The position numbers and the translations under genes are program-made. Shown in pieces: positions 62,061-64,000 of a stretch of DNA of 64,000 nt (the stretch's first letter is position 1; every line of letters starts with the position of its first letter). The DNA is from Glaucostegus cemiculus. Lineage: Eukaryota. The DNA lies in contig CDPCPM010000147.1 in NCBI GenBank assembly GCA_976551045.1, positions 4,278,001 through 4,342,000 of the forward strand, given 5' to 3'. The notes beneath the pieces are model-generated. The model saw nothing but the letters and a program-made list of their open reading frames with translations, had not been told where the DNA came from and searched no databases.

Positions 62061-64000
62061 CCTTTTTCTCCACAAGTGCAGTGCTCACGTCAGACTGAGC
62101 ATGAGAAATCATCAGATGCTGGAAACATGAAACGATGTCAGGGAATGTTGCAATAAATGAGCACCCCAGGCAGCAACTGTGGAGAGAGAAACAGAATTAA
62201 CACCTTCCTTTGCTCATTCTTCCCTGCAAATTATTTTCCGTTCAATATTTCCCAGTTCGGGCACGCGTCTTGGACATGGAAAAGTCACTCTGTATTCCTC
62301 CCTCCAAATGCTGCCTGACGTGATGAGTATTAGTTTTGTTTAAAATCAGATTTATAGCATTTGCAGTGTGTTTGGAAATGTGGACATGACACTGGGTGGG
62401 TCTCACCGAGTGTGAATGTTTTGAGTGGGCTGGACACATTTTCCCGAGCATCGCTGTGTGTTCAATGACAATTGTGTACCCGTAACTGCCAGTGGGCTGC
62501 AGGTTCGTGTCCAACATTTGAACCGCTGCAGTTATTTGTGTTTTATTCAGACATTTCCAGGATATATTCAGGATGATCATAAAGGAAAGAGTAAATATTT
62601 GTATGTCGGTGTGGTACGTGACGTAGTGGGAGATCTGAGGTAGTGTAGAACCAATGCTTTTTTGGCTCTTATCTACAGTGAGGTGAATAGCCGTGTCTTT
62701 CGCAAACCGGCCGAGGAAATTCGATGCAAATAACAGAGGTTCTACACTGCCGTCAGGTGCAGTAGTGATGGTGAGAAAGAGTGAATAGCGCAGTGGGAGG
62801 ACTGGTTATGATTGTGAATATGGAGTCAGGCACTTGAGTTGCTTTGTCCTGAATTACCTCAAGCTTCCTGAGTATTATCCGAACTGATCCATGTGAACAC
62901 TGCCAAACGTTCCTGAGTTTTGACTTTTACATGTTATAAAGACGTTGGGGAAGTTACAGCTGAGTCATTTCCTGCAAGGTAATTAACCCTGATCAAGTGT
63001 TTTCACTGCAGATTTCTGTATCTCGTCCAGTCGAGGTTCTGGCCATGTTTCAGACGCTGTGATGTCGAGTCTTAGTATGTGAAGGGGAGATGGCTAGGGC
63101 TAAAGTTCAGTTGTATTCTGATTTTGTTTGGATTTTCAAATCTCAAATGAGCACTTTCAATATTTCCTGATATGTAAAAGAAACTCGGATCTCAACTGAC
63201 CATTTGCGTGAAATATTTAAGCAAAGTTTAGTATTCATGCAATGTTCGTGGAAACTTCTGATCTGTGTTGATGACACTTGGGAGGGTGGAAGAAATAGAC
63301 CGCTGGAAGAACTCAGTGGATCAAGCAGCATCTATTGCGGCTAAAGTTGTGAGGAAAAGTTTCGGGTCGAGTCCCTGCACCTGGACTTGCTGAGCAGAAC
63401 CCGACAGACGGGGAACAGACAAGGAGAGTTCTGTTGCTCAGGAGATTGTGAGGAATGGCTGAATGCTTTCTGTGAGCAGCGGGAATGGAAACTGAATGGC
63501 AGGATACGAAACGGGATCTCCATTTCTTTTCGCTGTGAGCTTTGGTAAAATGTCTGCGAATTTGAGGAAAGAAGGACGCGGCATTGCGAAATGTAGGTCA
63601 GGTGGAAATTTCCTTGCTGTGGCCAAGTTCCCTTCCCAGCCTTTCCCGTTACAGCACGTCAATATTAATGAGTACGAGCTGGCAGAACTTGCCTACATGC
63701 TGAGTTCAAAAGGGCCATGCGTTCAGGTGGGATCCTTCACGTTTGAAGGGAAAATCTTCCATTCACATGAGGAGAATTTGATAGGACAGGGAGTCGGACT
63801 TTTTCCAAATGCTGGGTGTATCGAAAACTAGAAGGGAAATGTTTCAGTCGAAGGAGATCCGGTTTAAAGTGGTATCTTGTGGGAATTTATTGGACAGACA
63901 CTGCTGATAGGACTAGGTGGAGGACGATACTTTTACCTGTCTGATTGGCATTGAGACAGGCACTTGAAAACTGAAGGTATAGAAAGATACGGACCTTAAT

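Noticed and set aside
1-64000. CRISPR arrays, tRNA/rRNA genes, prokaryotic operons
   Set aside because: None seen; the only tRNA-like match is the 18-nt PBS, and the DNA is intron- and retroelement-rich vertebrate sequence.

Overview
Vertebrate genomic DNA, most likely a cartilaginous fish (inferred from HE1/V-SINE-like, Deu-domain SINE, CR1 and Penelope-like repeats). The window lies inside a tandem cluster of group-B scavenger-receptor cysteine-rich (SRCR; CD163/WC1/SCART-like) membrane receptor genes on the + strand. Bases 1-~5.5 kb hold the 3' end of one copy: last SRCR exon, TM exon and cytoplasmic exons with a YQAIYEEI motif. This copy looks broken: a Cys->Tyr change, a frameshift, and a rearranged retroelement insertion at an exon end. 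Bases 56.4-61.3 kb hold the intact-looking 5' end of the next copy: leader exon, 33-nt exon, and a first SRCR exon lacking the C2/C7 pair. The ~50 kb between them appears to be laced with heavily decayed SRCR exons, all on the + strand, including two paralogous blocks at ~8.4-9.8 kb and ~32.9-34.4 kb. Mobile elements: a very young but internally deleted Gmr1-type (PR-IN-RT-RH) Gypsy element with SCAN-like Gag, tRNA-Pro PBS and 4-bp TSD (10848-16563); two solo LTRs; a young 5'-truncated CR1 LINE with one nonsense codon; several old CR1, Rex/Babar-like and Penelope-like fragments; SINEs; and a hAT/Charlie-like MITE. All calls were made by eye. Decayed-exon and old-repeat boundaries are approximate.
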